64,000 nt of DNA from an uncultured virus (IMG/VR IMGVR_UViG_3300042893_000600) (IMGVR_UViG_3300042893_000600:1-64000); one strand, 5' to 3'. Positions 1-9,731 are shown, counted from the first letter of the stretch. The notes: generated from the sequence alone by a model not told the origin. A program made the numbers and translations.

Positions 1-1044
1 ATCTAATACAACACCACTGCTCATCAACGGAACATATGGGCAATAGAATGCTGCCGCATCTGCTTCGCTAGAACCTTTGTAGCCGATTAGAACGTTGTCA
101 TAGCCTGCGCTTTCTGTAGCGTATGTGTTAACATACACTTTCATAGCATTGTTCAATGTACCAACAAACTTGGTGTTTGTAGGTGCTTCGAATGTACCTT
201 CTGTAGTACGAGCAAACGCACTAGTTGTAGCACTTTGAAGAATTGTCAATGCCATTGGACTGATAACAGCCCAGTTACCTGCGCCACGACGTGTACGTTG
301 AGCAATCAAGTTAGCAACACGGTTGATTTGAACTGCCAATGCGGCATGTTCGTCACCAACGAATGTAGCAACACCAGATACTGAGCTCTGATCGTATGTC
401 TGTGTAGCTGCACCAGCTAAAGTGCTTAAAGAAGCAAGAACTTCTTGGTCGATTTCAGCTGTGATCTCTTGAGCAAGAGCAGCCATGATTTCTGCTTCGA
501 TGTCAATACCTTGTTGGGCTTGTGCATCTTGAGCAGCTTCAAATGTCCAGCGAGCTGATAGCTTACGTGTCTTAGCTTCAACTGTTTGTTTCAAGATTTG
601 AATGCTCATTCTGTTACCAGCAGCACCTTCTAAGTTGGCTGTAGTAGCTGCCTTAGGAGTTCCTGAAACTTGGTTACCAGAATAAGATTCAGCAATCTTG
701 AATGGGCTGAATGCTTCTTCACCAGCAACAACTCCAGCACCTGTAGATGAATCGCTATAGCGAACACGTAAAGTGTGGATTTGTCCAACTGGACCGGTCA
801 TTGGCTGAACGCCAACCAACTCGTTAGCAATAACGGTTGGCATAACACGACGGATCACTGGAAGGATCACGCGGTTAAGTGTAGCAACGTTACCTGCTGA
901 AGTTGCGCCTGCTGACGCACTTTCTGCTAGATACTTGCGAGTGTTTTCTAATGTTACAGCCATCGATGTTTTACGATTGCCTTGTAGGCCTTCTAATAGG
1001 GCTTCCTTGGTTTCGTTCCAACGGCTTGATAGTAGTTCTGACAT
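1..1044 (-). CDS. gp23: Major capsid protein, T4 gp23-like (3' end runs off the window)
   Basis: Translated by hand from ATG at 1044 (SD AGGAGA at 1051-1056): MSELLSSRW...LPVIRRVMPTVIANELVGVQPMTGPVGQIHTLR...VEAKTRKLSARWTFEAAQD...EIDQE...AAAFYCPYVPL, the hallmark gp23 motifs. Absent from the ORF track because it is truncated. Confidence 0.96.
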   Translation of the reverse strand, partial: MSELLSSRWNETKEALLEGLQGNRKTSMAVTLENTRKYLAESASAGATSAGNVATLNRVILPVIRRVMPTVIANELVGVQPMTGPVGQIHTLRVRYSDSSTGAGVVAGEEAFSPFKIAESYSGNQVSGTPKAATTANLEGAAGNRMSIQILKQTVEAKTRKLSARWTFEAAQDAQAQQGIDIEAEIMAALAQEITAEIDQEVLASLSTLAGAATQTYDQSSVSGVATFVGDEHAALAVQINRVANLIAQRTRRGAGNWAVISPMALTILQSATTSAFARTTEGTFEAPTNTKFVGTLNNAMKVYVNTYATESAGYDNVLIGYKGSSEADAAAFYCPYVPLMSSGVVLD

Positions 1045-1055
1045 TTATTGTCTCC

Positions 1056-2150
1056 TTAAATTTTTAATCCAGCGAGTCGACGAATATCAACAATATTGTT
1101 GTCATTCTCGCTGCTACTTGCGCTGTTAGGAATTTTATTTCCTGTTACTTCCTTTGCCTCTACTAGTGCCTTACGTTTTTGTGGAGCTTCTCCAGCGATT
1201 ACAGCCGGAAGGTACTTGTCAAAACTATTTTGTAATTTTGATGTCTGTACACTTTCAAGAAGCTCTGTCATAATAGCTTTTTGTCCGTTGGACAAAGGTG
1301 CTACTAATTCCGTCATAACTTCTTGACGTTCTTTGCTCTCCACTAGAGCCTTAATTTTGTGTTCTTTGCTTTCTGCGAGTTGTCTAGCTTGTGCTGCATC
1401 ATTTTTAGCTGTTGCAACTTCCAACTCTTTTTGGTTTATAACCTTGAGCAATTTTGCTGTTTCAGATTTCTCTGAAAGGTAGCTTGTTTGATATTCATTA
1501 CTAAATGCTTCAAACAATTTGCGACCGAAGTCGTTTCTACGTGCTGTTTCAATATCTTCTTTTAGTTGACCAATCTCTTGGGTAAGAGTTTTTTCAACTG
1601 CAGATTCTACCAAACTAGCTGCACGCTTAACAAATTGTTCTTTGACCTTAGTGAATGCCTCTCGGCCGTCACGGATCAATCGCACTTTTGTTTCTGCAAG
1701 ATCTTGTTTGTCTGTATGGAATTCTGCGATTTCCTGTGCTAGAGCTTCTACAACGAACTGTTCAAGTTTAATAAACTTGTCAGCCATTTGTTTTTGATCT
1801 TCATGTAAATCTTTAACTTCCGTAGCTAGCTGACGCACAACAAATTCTTTAATTTTTTCTGCGTCTTTCTTGGCTTTCACCACTACTTTTGCTTTTGCTT
1901 CGGCTAATTGATTACGATCTTCAACAAATTGAGCGATTTCTTCGCGTAGTTGGTCACCCAACATGCGATCAACAGCTTCTACCATGACAGACTTGTCATG
2001 CTCGTAGCGTTGTGCGAATTCTTCTCTTAGTTGTTGAGTAACTTGTGTACGATTTTCGTTGATACGAGAATCCCAAGCTTTCTCAATTTCTGCTCTTACA
2101 TCTTCAGAAACCACATTGTTTTCGAATAGACTTTTTAGTGCTTCCAACAT
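1056..2150 (-). CDS. gp22: Prohead core scaffolding protein, gp22-like
   Basis: Glu/Lys-rich coiled-coil protein lying between protease and capsid genes (T4 order 21-22-23). SD GGAG upstream. Confidence 0.8.
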   Translation of the reverse strand: MLEALKSLFENNVVSEDVRAEIEKAWDSRINENRTQVTQQLREEFAQRYEHDKSVMVEAVDRMLGDQLREEIAQFVEDRNQLAEAKAKVVVKAKKDAEKIKEFVVRQLATEVKDLHEDQKQMADKFIKLEQFVVEALAQEIAEFHTDKQDLAETKVRLIRDGREAFTKVKEQFVKRAASLVESAVEKTLTQEIGQLKEDIETARRNDFGRKLFEAFSNEYQTSYLSEKSETAKLLKVINQKELEVATAKNDAAQARQLAESKEHKIKALVESKERQEVMTELVAPLSNGQKAIMTELLESVQTSKLQNSFDKYLPAVIAGEAPQKRKALVEAKEVTGNKIPNSASSSENDNNIVDIRRLAGLKI

Positions 2151-2163
2151 GTGTTTCTCCTCT

Positions 2164-2790
2164 TTATTGGAGTCCGCTTATTAATCTTAATAAGCTCTCT
2201 TTGAGATATTTCTGCGCCTTAGGGTCGCCCTGCACTTCCTTCGCTATACGAAGGCTACTATAACCTCCCTTATTATTCATAAGGTGTTCATAGATTGGTG
2301 TTGGGTACGCTCCCGGAGCACTTGGTTGAGCTACCACATCTACTGTGATAATCTCAAAATCTGACACTTCACCGGATCCGTCTTCTTTGACGTTACCGGA
2401 TCCGCGACTGCTTACTCCTAACTTAACTCCGCTTTCCAACATAGTTTTCACTAAGTTGCCCATTGGAGTCGGTAGGATTTTTAATTTTCCATAACCGTTT
2501 GGGCCATCCATCCACATATTTGTAATCATGTGGCTCACACGGTCAAGGTTAATTTTTAGGTCATCTGGATGATCCACTTCGCCGAGTACTGAGTATCCAC
2601 CTTCAAGTTGATCGTTCAGGGTCTTGACAGCCCTGTCGATTTCATTAACAGGATAAACACGCTGATTTTGATTCCTAACGCCGCCTTGGATACAAATACC
2701 TTTCATATAAAGGTTCTTGCCTCCTTCGCCGTCGGATTCAACGACCATTTTTGCTTGGTCGAAACTCAGGTTTTCACGAAGATAATTCAT
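2164..2790 (-). CDS. gp21: Prohead protease, gp21-like
   Basis: Motifs NQNQRVYP, GEVDHP, GKLKILPTPMG, GVSSRGSG, DVVAQPSAPGA. Confidence 0.95.
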   Translation of the reverse strand: MNYLRENLSFDQAKMVVESDGEGGKNLYMKGICIQGGVRNQNQRVYPVNEIDRAVKTLNDQLEGGYSVLGEVDHPDDLKINLDRVSHMITNMWMDGPNGYGKLKILPTPMGNLVKTMLESGVKLGVSSRGSGNVKEDGSGEVSDFEIITVDVVAQPSAPGAYPTPIYEHLMNNKGGYSSLRIAKEVQGDPKAQKYLKESLLRLISGLQ

Positions 2791-2800
2791 CTACTTAACC

Positions 2801-3697
2801 TTATTTGGCTCTGGTTTTGACGCCGTTGATTGGAGAGCCTGCGCCCTTGTCACCGTTGTCGCCGTTGCCTTTCTTTTCAGCGCCGTGGCCTGAACCGTTC
2901 TTTTTATAGAACTGTTTAGCATTAGTGCCGCCTGGTACATTTACATTACCAAAGTTTTCTTCTTTAGTGTTTGGCTTTAGTAAACCGCTTTGTACGCCTT
3001 TGCCGCCTTCAGTACCGCCTTTTGTCATATTAGCAGTTGTACCGCCCATATCGTTCTTACCTGCTACGATTGACTTGTTGTTAACACCGTCATCACCGTG
3101 CTTTGGGTTTGCTACTTTTTCGATGTACTCGCGCATGAAGTTGTCGCCTATGCTGAAGCTATCTTTAACTTCTTCTTCGTCGCCCATGTCGCCCATGTCA
3201 TCGCCGCCCATGTCGCCCATGTCATCGCCGCCCATGTCGCCCATGTCATCGCCTTCACCGCCCATCATCTTTTCGAATTCCATTTTTAGGTCATCTAAAG
3301 CATCTTCTAGGTCAACTACACGATCTTCAATGTCGCCATCGCCGCCCATGTCATCGCCTTCTTCGTCATCACCTGCTTCGATGTCGCCCATGAAGTCATC
3401 AGTAGCATCGCCACCAATTTCGTCACCGTTCATTTCATCGTCGCCCATGTCGTCAGCTTCAAAGCCGAAACCCTCTTCAACATCATCTTCGTCTGCACGA
3501 TTTTCGTCTGTACGATCTTCGTCGTCTTCGTCGTCTTTACCTTCTTCAACATCTTCTTCGAAGTCTTCAGAAAGAATTTCTTCGTAGATTTGTCTAGATT
3601 TTTCAACTACCAGTTGATGGAAAAGCTCTTTGGCTTTGTCTTGTTCTTCAGAAATTAGATACTCGAGCATCTGCTCGAACTTTGATCGATCAGTCAT
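2801..3697 (-). CDS. Highly acidic prohead core/internal scaffold protein (gp67/gp68 position)
   Basis: Asp/Glu-rich low-complexity centre and Gly/Lys-rich tail. Lies between portal and protease. SD AGGAGA and TAAATA box upstream. Confidence 0.6.
   Translation of the reverse strand: MTDRSKFEQMLEYLISEEQDKAKELFHQLVVEKSRQIYEEILSEDFEEDVEEGKDDEDDEDRTDENRADEDDVEEGFGFEADDMGDDEMNGDEIGGDATDDFMGDIEAGDDEEGDDMGGDGDIEDRVVDLEDALDDLKMEFEKMMGGEGDDMGDMGGDDMGDMGGDDMGDMGDEEEVKDSFSIGDNFMREYIEKVANPKHGDDGVNNKSIVAGKNDMGGTTANMTKGGTEGGKGVQSGLLKPNTKEENFGNVNVPGGTNAKQFYKKNGSGHGAEKKGNGDNGDKGAGSPINGVKTRAK
3181..3252. repeat. Three exact 24-bp tandem repeats (CGCCCATGTCGCCCATGTCATCGC) encoding GDDMGDMG
   Basis: Read directly from the sequence. 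In-frame within the acidic core gene. Confidence 0.95.
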
Positions 3698-3734
3698 GTT
3701 TGTCTCCTATGTGTTTATTGCAAGGCTGTCGATA

Positions 3735-3740
3735 TATTTA
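3735..3740 (-). promoter_or_regulatory. Putative late promoter TAAATA for the core/protease/scaffold/capsid operon
   Basis: TAAATA on the minus strand in the intergenic gap. Resembles T4 TATAAATA and recurs upstream of many genes here. Confidence 0.6.
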
Positions 3741-3790
3741 CATATAACTGTAAAATATACGCTTAAATGGTAAGTTTTCGGGGATTTTTG

Positions 3791-4030
3791 TTAAGCAACA
3801 GGCTGTGCTGGTGCTTTATACATCTGTTCAACAAATTCTAGTTCTTTTTCTTGTTCTAAAATATGCTGTTCACTGGCTTTACGCAGTTCGTTTATCTGCT
3901 TTAAAGTCAATCTAGTTTTACGTGTGTCACCTTTTCGCACAGAGGTGTCGTCACGGCCAGCATCATAACGACTGTCAGATGTCACGGCCCTAATATCTTT
4001 ATCAACGTAAAACAATTCTCGTAGTATCAT
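3791..4030 (-). CDS. Small hypothetical head-module protein
   Basis: 79-aa ORF directly downstream of portal. TAAATA lies 6 nt before the ATG. Confidence 0.75.
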   Translation of the reverse strand: MILRELFYVDKDIRAVTSDSRYDAGRDDTSVRKGDTRKTRLTLKQINELRKASEQHILEQEKELEFVEQMYKAPAQPVA

Positions 4031-4039
4031 ATACGTTAT

Positions 4040-5770
4040 TTATGCTGCCGGTGCTGTAGGAACCGGCCCAGGTGCTGCTGGTGCTGTTCCCGGTGGTGCG
4101 CCAGGCATTTCCATTCCTGGTGGCGCTTCGGTGTCGGCGGCAGCGCCAGCATCAGATTCTATACCTGCTTGACTAACTCCAACGCCGCGTAATTCTCCAC
4201 TACTGTCAGTGGGTGTTGGCTTGCCTTTGCCGTTTTCTTCAGCCCACAAGCGTTCGTTTTCTGCAACTTCTTCTTCGCTTAGTCCTAGATAACGTTTCAA
4301 AGCAAAACGTTTTGAGATATAAGTCTGTTGACTAATAGTACCGTATGTGTTGATACGCTGATTATCTAACTCTGCTTGACGATAAGTGGCAAAGTTTTGC
4401 GGCGGTTGGAACTTTAATTCAAACAGAGCACTGTCAATATTGATGCCTCTTTCATACAAATACAGTTTAAATTCTTGATCAAATACATCTTGCATCAAGC
4501 TCTGTAGTCGCATACAGTAGTTGTTAAATCGCAATTCTTGAATATATGCTGTGCCAACTCTTCCGTCGTTATACTGTGATTGGCTGTCTTCTGCACCAGT
4601 TGGCAGATAGCTACTTGGGATTCTTAAACCGCGAAATAATTTGTTTGTAAAGTATCTTAAGTCGTCAATTTCACCTAGGTTTGTACCGCCTGGCAGTGTT
4701 TCAACTTTACTTCCGCGACCTTCTGCTGTGGTTGGAAAGAAGTAATCTTCGTTAATGCTTAATGGATTGTAAGCACTATCGATAACGTTGGTACCACCGC
4801 CAGTTGCGCTGGGGATACGTCTTTGATGAATTTCATTTTTAACACGTTCCACAAAGCCCATGGCCAAGTGGCTGGGCATGTTACCCACATCAATGTAAAA
4901 AATACGTCTTTCAGGAGCACGTTGTATGCGATAGATTAAAATAGCATCTTCTAGTAATTCTTTTTGTTTGAATACTTTAAAAACATTTTCTAATAAACTG
5001 TTTCCAAACGGAAAGTTATTGTCTAGACCTTCGCTTAAACTTAAATGTATCACATGCTTGGCATCTACTGCTAGTTCGTTTTGTTGTGTATCAAAGCGTG
5101 TGCCCACAGTGCCACCTTGCGGATATGAACCAGTCATGCCTCTTGCGGGGCCGCTGCCGTTGGGCCCAGCGTAATTAGTTCCGCGATTGTTGGTGTTAAG
5201 ATTGTTGGGCTGAATAGTGGTTGTGACCAAGTCCATAAAATTAGGATTTAAATCACGAATAATGTATTGTTCAGGTTCTTTGCCTTCACTTTCGTTCACA
5301 ATAATTTTAACTATTTTACTAGAATCTATGTAAACCCATTTTTTATTTTCAGGATCTCTTACAAAGAATGCATCGCCGTATTTGAATACGTTGCGTACAA
5401 TTCTAAAAATTCTAGTTTCGAACTTTTGTAATTTTGTCCATTGCTGTAGATATTCTCTCAAGATGGCAATTTCACTATTAGTAGCTTTGCTCTTGAAAAA
5501 TAAATGGAATGGTGTTTGATTTTCTCTATTCTTTTGACTACAAAATTCAGCAATGATGTCCAAGGCCGCATTGACTTCACTGTCCATGTCCATGGTATCA
5601 TATTGCAAATAGCGTTCAATACGATTAGGGGCGCCGGAATAAACATCCGGTAAAAAGCTAGAATAGTTTTTTCTAGCTGGGCCTACACCGTTGCCGCTAT
5701 TAGTTAACGGACTGCTGTTTGAGCCCGATGATCTTACATTAACAGGGGTGAAATATTTTTTCCAGCTCAT
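4040..5770 (-). CDS. gp20: Portal vertex protein, gp20-like
   Basis: Motifs LLEDAILIYRIQRAPERRIFYIDVGNMP, EDYFFP..AEGRGSKVETLPGG.NLGEIDDLRYF..KL.RGLRIPSS. Confidence 0.96.
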   Translation of the reverse strand: MSWKKYFTPVNVRSSGSNSSPLTNSGNGVGPARKNYSSFLPDVYSGAPNRIERYLQYDTMDMDSEVNAALDIIAEFCSQKNRENQTPFHLFFKSKATNSEIAILREYLQQWTKLQKFETRIFRIVRNVFKYGDAFFVRDPENKKWVYIDSSKIVKIIVNESEGKEPEQYIIRDLNPNFMDLVTTTIQPNNLNTNNRGTNYAGPNGSGPARGMTGSYPQGGTVGTRFDTQQNELAVDAKHVIHLSLSEGLDNNFPFGNSLLENVFKVFKQKELLEDAILIYRIQRAPERRIFYIDVGNMPSHLAMGFVERVKNEIHQRRIPSATGGGTNVIDSAYNPLSINEDYFFPTTAEGRGSKVETLPGGTNLGEIDDLRYFTNKLFRGLRIPSSYLPTGAEDSQSQYNDGRVGTAYIQELRFNNYCMRLQSLMQDVFDQEFKLYLYERGINIDSALFELKFQPPQNFATYRQAELDNQRINTYGTISQQTYISKRFALKRYLGLSEEEVAENERLWAEENGKGKPTPTDSSGELRGVGVSQAGIESDAGAAADTEAPPGMEMPGAPPGTAPAAPGPVPTAPAA

Positions 5771-5772
5771 AA

Positions 5773-8622
5773 TTAACTATACATGTTCTTTGGATTTTTC
5801 TCGAGCGCCGTGATTTGTTTTCTTCCCAAATCATCGCTCTGTGAAAGTAGCTTGTTCATAGTTATATTTAACATATCTAAACCCTTTACTACGTCTTCTA
5901 GAGCAGCGGTCTTGCCGCCTCGCTGTGCTGGTTTATCGTCAGCTTGAGATTTGGCAGCTGGTGCCTTGGCAGCTTGTTCTTTCGCGTCTGCTTGGGCTTT
6001 GGCTTCTTCTGCAGGTTTATTTACTGCAGCAGGCACACTGGCAGCATTGGCTTTCATTTGGGCTCCAAAGCCGGGCAAATTAATGGCATTCAAATCTATA
6101 GCAGGAGTGGCTGCTATGGGTGCTGAGTACTTGCCGGCACCCATAGAGGCTTCTGGTTCTTCTGCGCCAATAGCAGCCATGTTTAATAATGAAGTATCTT
6201 TTTGATACTTTTCTCTAGCTGCTTTTTCTGCTTCGGCACCTTGTTCGATACCAATTAATTTTAACGCTTCTTCTTTTTCTATTTCAGATAATCTGGCTTC
6301 TTGTCCTTGTAAAGTTACTGCTAGTTGTTCTGTAACAAGTTTTTTAGTCTCTTCAACTGATTCTTGTTTTTTACTGGTTTCCCATGTGATACCGTCAGCA
6401 ATTTTCTTTTGTAGCTCTTCCTGTTTTTTTGAAAATTCTTCTTTTATCTTTATTGCTTCGTCGTCTGCCTTCATAACAGCTTGGACTTTGGAAAATTTTC
6501 TATCTTCAACAGCCATTCCTTCAATCAGAATGTTTTTTCTTGCGGCCATGTCTTCATTAAACTTTGATTTTAATTCTGACATTTCTTTTTCAGCACTCTT
6601 ACTGTCATCACTTTGAACACGTTTAGTAGTTGACTCGCCGCCAGTCATGGAACTGATTGATGTGCTAATAGTCTTAGACATTTCTGTCATATTGATATTA
6701 GGTTCTGTCTTAGCAGGCATACTGATAGCTTTGGCAATGCCAGCCATATCAACGGCAGGTGCTTTGGCTGGCATACTAATAGCTTTGGATATACTGCTCA
6801 AGTCAAATCCGTCCATGCCACCTGTAGGATTTCCCCTTGGCGGAGCCATACCTTTCATTGATTCGTATGCTGCTTTAAATTTGTCTTCTTTAGTGTCCAA
6901 GTCTGGAGGAGGAAGTTTTCCAAGTATATTCTTAACACCACTCATGCCAGCAGCAGCAATAGTGTCCTTCATCTGTCCTTGGTTTAATACAAACTCAGGA
7001 CCTTCTTCTGCTAAAGTTGACAGTGTTGGTTGGCTAACATATCCGCCATCTGCATGTCGTGTTAAACCTGTAACCTTACCAGTAATATTTAGAGTGTCGG
7101 CTCCAATGTTTGATAAATTACTCAGAGCTTTTGTAATTTCACCAACTACACCGCCACTTTCGTTTTCTTTTCTTGCTTCTGCTTCGTATTTGCCTTCGCC
7201 TGGCTTGGGCACAAACGGTTGTGGGTTTTGACCTTTCCTGGCGGCATCTTCCATATTGACTGCGGCATTCTTACCCGGACCTGCTAGATTGTTAGCAGTT
7301 TGTTCTCCAATTTCACCTATACGACGGGCGCCACCGGCAATGCTTTCGCCGGTCGCTTTATTCTTAACTTCCGATGCGGCAGCAACACCTGCTCCAAGAT
7401 TTTGTCCAGCTATTTGTGTTGCTATAACTCCTTGAGTTGCTCCGCTAACACGTTCTCCGCCAGGTTTTAATCGACCTTCTTGACTTGCTATAATATCAGT
7501 TCTAATTTTGCTAAGGGCAGTAGCATAATCAGTTTGACTTTTTAATAAGTTTGTATTTCCTTTTACTACACTCATTACACTATCGTGTAATGCCATGTTG
7601 TCTTCTGTACTCTTCTTTAAAATTGTACCTACGCTGCCTGCAGCATCTCCCATGGCGGCCATTCGTAAAAGTGTTGGATCTCTTTGATTACGAGCGTTGG
7701 CTGCTTCTGCTTCCTTGTTGGCTGCTTCTGCTGCAACAATGTTACCTTTGGCCAAGTGGCCCATTTGCTCGCCAGTTTTCTGTGCGGCCTCGCCTAGTAA
7801 TGCGTATTGAGTGGCAGCTTCTTCGCTAGTAACTGTTCCAGTGGCAAACATTTCTTTTGCCATTTGTCCCATACCGCGAGCTTCTGCTTGAGCAAATTGT
7901 TTTTGGAATCCTTCTCTTGCTGCCGCTTCTGCGGCGGCACCTTGTTCAATTCCAATTAATCTTAACTTTGCTTCAATTTGTCCGTCGGTGCTGCGTTTCT
8001 TAGCAGCTTCCATTTGTTCTTCTTTACTTTTGCCTGTGAGTTTGGCAATGGCATCCATCTCTTTAGCTAATGAAGCTGCAGCTTCTCTTGATTTTACACC
8101 TGCGGCACCTTCAATACCCATAGTGTAACGTTGTGTACTGGCTTGTAACGCAAGAACTTCGTTAAGTTCTTTAGCATTGTATCCCATCTGCTGTAGTTCG
8201 TCGCCAGCGTTACTATCAAAGAAACTCTTGCTTAATTTGCCAAATGCTTCAGCACCGCGAGTGACACTGCCACCAAGGCCGGCCATTTGTTTTCCGTTAT
8301 TAGCAATAACGTTAGCGAAATCATTTAGGCTCAATCTACTGCCAGCGGCAGCAACATTCATGCCAATTAGGTCATTGCTAAAATTAGCGCCATGTTTGCT
8401 AAGTCCTTGGAACGTATCAGCACTTGACTTAGCAGCATGTAGGAAAGACTCTGCGCCATCTTTCAAGCCTTCTTTAACTTTACTTGTGTCAAACCCTTGA
8501 TTGCCACCACCGCTTGGTGGCGCACCTCCGCCACCTACAGTTACAGGGCCGCGGCCACTAGATTTCAAAGCGTTTTCAAACGCTTGTTGCATCATTAACT
8601 GATCATTTCTATCTAAAGCCAT
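5773..8622 (-). CDS. Tape-measure-like protein
   Basis: Long Ala/Gly/Lys-rich helical protein. Contains HADGGYVSQPTLSTLAEEGPEFVL, resembling the (F/H)A.GG...GE.GPE motif common in tape measure proteins. Adjacent to a frameshifted chaperone-like gene. Confidence 0.65.
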   Translation of the reverse strand: MALDRNDQLMMQQAFENALKSSGRGPVTVGGGGAPPSGGGNQGFDTSKVKEGLKDGAESFLHAAKSSADTFQGLSKHGANFSNDLIGMNVAAAGSRLSLNDFANVIANNGKQMAGLGGSVTRGAEAFGKLSKSFFDSNAGDELQQMGYNAKELNEVLALQASTQRYTMGIEGAAGVKSREAAASLAKEMDAIAKLTGKSKEEQMEAAKKRSTDGQIEAKLRLIGIEQGAAAEAAAREGFQKQFAQAEARGMGQMAKEMFATGTVTSEEAATQYALLGEAAQKTGEQMGHLAKGNIVAAEAANKEAEAANARNQRDPTLLRMAAMGDAAGSVGTILKKSTEDNMALHDSVMSVVKGNTNLLKSQTDYATALSKIRTDIIASQEGRLKPGGERVSGATQGVIATQIAGQNLGAGVAAASEVKNKATGESIAGGARRIGEIGEQTANNLAGPGKNAAVNMEDAARKGQNPQPFVPKPGEGKYEAEARKENESGGVVGEITKALSNLSNIGADTLNITGKVTGLTRHADGGYVSQPTLSTLAEEGPEFVLNQGQMKDTIAAAGMSGVKNILGKLPPPDLDTKEDKFKAAYESMKGMAPPRGNPTGGMDGFDLSSISKAISMPAKAPAVDMAGIAKAISMPAKTEPNINMTEMSKTISTSISSMTGGESTTKRVQSDDSKSAEKEMSELKSKFNEDMAARKNILIEGMAVEDRKFSKVQAVMKADDEAIKIKEEFSKKQEELQKKIADGITWETSKKQESVEETKKLVTEQLAVTLQGQEARLSEIEKEEALKLIGIEQGAEAEKAAREKYQKDTSLLNMAAIGAEEPEASMGAGKYSAPIAATPAIDLNAINLPGFGAQMKANAASVPAAVNKPAEEAKAQADAKEQAAKAPAAKSQADDKPAQRGGKTAALEDVVKGLDMLNITMNKLLSQSDDLGRKQITALEKNPKNMYS

Positions 8623-8649
8623 ATTAAAATTTCCAAAAAACTACGCACA

Positions 8650-8672
8650 TAAATAATCGTATAATATATTTA
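8650..8672. promoter_or_regulatory. Pair of opposed late-type TAAATA boxes (plus 8650-8655, minus 8667-8672)
   Basis: One box per strand in the 66-bp gap between divergent genes. Confidence 0.6.
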
Positions 8673-8688
8673 TCGGGATAAAAAAGCT

Positions 8689-9504
8689 ATGAATCCATTA
8701 CAAAAATACTTTAGACAACCCAAGTTGTTTATCAGTTTGCCCAGCAAAGGGCTGTACTACGAGGAAGGTACTCTACAAGGAGATGTTAGTAAAGTGCCAA
8801 TTTTTGCCATGACTGGCATGGATGAACTCATAATGAAAACACCTGACAGCTTGTTTAACGGTGAAGCCACAGTAAAATTAATAGAAAGTTGTTGTCCATA
8901 TATTACAGACGCACATAAAGTGCCCAGTATTGATCTAGATGTATTATTAGTTTCCATTAGAATGGCAACATACGGTAAAGAAATGAGTATTGGACATACC
9001 TGTACTAACTGTGGTACTGAAAACGACTTTGCCATTGATTTAACTAGTGTCATGGATCACTATGCTGATAAGAATTTTGACAATAGACTAGTAGTTGACG
9101 AAGAAATTACCATTAACTTTAAGCCGTTAAGCTACGAAGAAATGACAATAGTAAACTTGGAAAATTTTAAATTACAAAAAATGCTTGGTCAGATTGCTGA
9201 TATAGATATCGACCGTAGGCAACAAGTCATGGATGATATCTATGCTAAACTAGCTGAAATACAAGTACATGTATTTTTAACTGCCATTGAGTCAGTTCAA
9301 ATTCCCAATGTATTAGTAACTGAGAAAGATCATATTCGAGAGTGGTTGTCTAACACTAACCGAGAACATTATACTCTTATCAAGAGTAAACTTGAAAAGA
9401 ATAAAGAACTTTGGGAGATGCCAAAACAAAAAGTCATTTGCGGCAATTGTGGCACTGAAAACGCTATTGAAGTTGTAATGGACCAATCAAGTTTTTTCGT
9501 ATAA
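8689..9504 (+). CDS. Baseplate hub assembly / tail assembly chaperone (T4 gp26/gp51-like)
   Basis: N-terminal LPSKG, D..L.SIR.ATYG, two CxxC pairs (CTNC, CGNC), ends in SFFV as in T4-like hub assembly proteins. Confidence 0.75.
   Translation: MNPLQKYFRQPKLFISLPSKGLYYEEGTLQGDVSKVPIFAMTGMDELIMKTPDSLFNGEATVKLIESCCPYITDAHKVPSIDLDVLLVSIRMATYGKEMSIGHTCTNCGTENDFAIDLTSVMDHYADKNFDNRLVVDEEITINFKPLSYEEMTIVNLENFKLQKMLGQIADIDIDRRQQVMDDIYAKLAEIQVHVFLTAIESVQIPNVLVTEKDHIREWLSNTNREHYTLIKSKLEKNKELWEMPKQKVICGNCGTENAIEVVMDQSSFFV
9492..9498 (+). other. Putative -1 ribosomal frameshift slippery heptamer T_TTT_TTC
   Basis: X_XXY_YYZ in the correct phase, two codons before the stop. The -1 frame is open from 9471 to 9731. 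Confidence 0.7.
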
Positions 9505-9515
9505 AACTGTTACCC

Positions 9516-9731
9516 TTGTCTAGATCTGACATCGAAGAGTTGGTTAACAGTTTAGAATTAGATACAAAACAAATAAAAGATGAAATCTTTCGCATAAGTT
9601 GGTACATGCGAGGCGGAGTAAGCAGTCAGGATCTAATGCACGTTTACGGCTACGAGGATAGGCAGATCATGAATGAGATTATAAAAGAAAATATTGAAAT
9701 TACCAAAAATAGCCGTATGGCTATTATTTAA
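9516..9731 (+). CDS. Small hub-assembly ORF, probably the frameshifted C-terminal extension of the upstream gene
   Basis: Only a TTG start with no SD. Lies in the -1 frame of 8689-9504. Contains ISWYMRGGVS...EDRQIM. Confidence 0.7.
   Translation: MSRSDIEELVNSLELDTKQIKDEIFRISWYMRGGVSSQDLMHVYGYEDRQIMNEIIKENIEITKNSRMAII

Noticed and set aside
3181..3252. Tandem repeats here and at 46557-46621 as CRISPR-like or regulatory arrays
   Set aside because: No spacers, unit lengths are multiples of 3, and both encode protein repeats.
2925..3587. 220-aa Ser/Pro-rich plus-strand ORF
   Set aside because: Antisense shadow of the acidic repeat gene, with no RBS or independent support.
6647..7231. 194-aa plus-strand ORF and the many other short antisense ORFs in the track
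   Set aside because: They lie wholly opposite well-supported genes and reflect codon bias.
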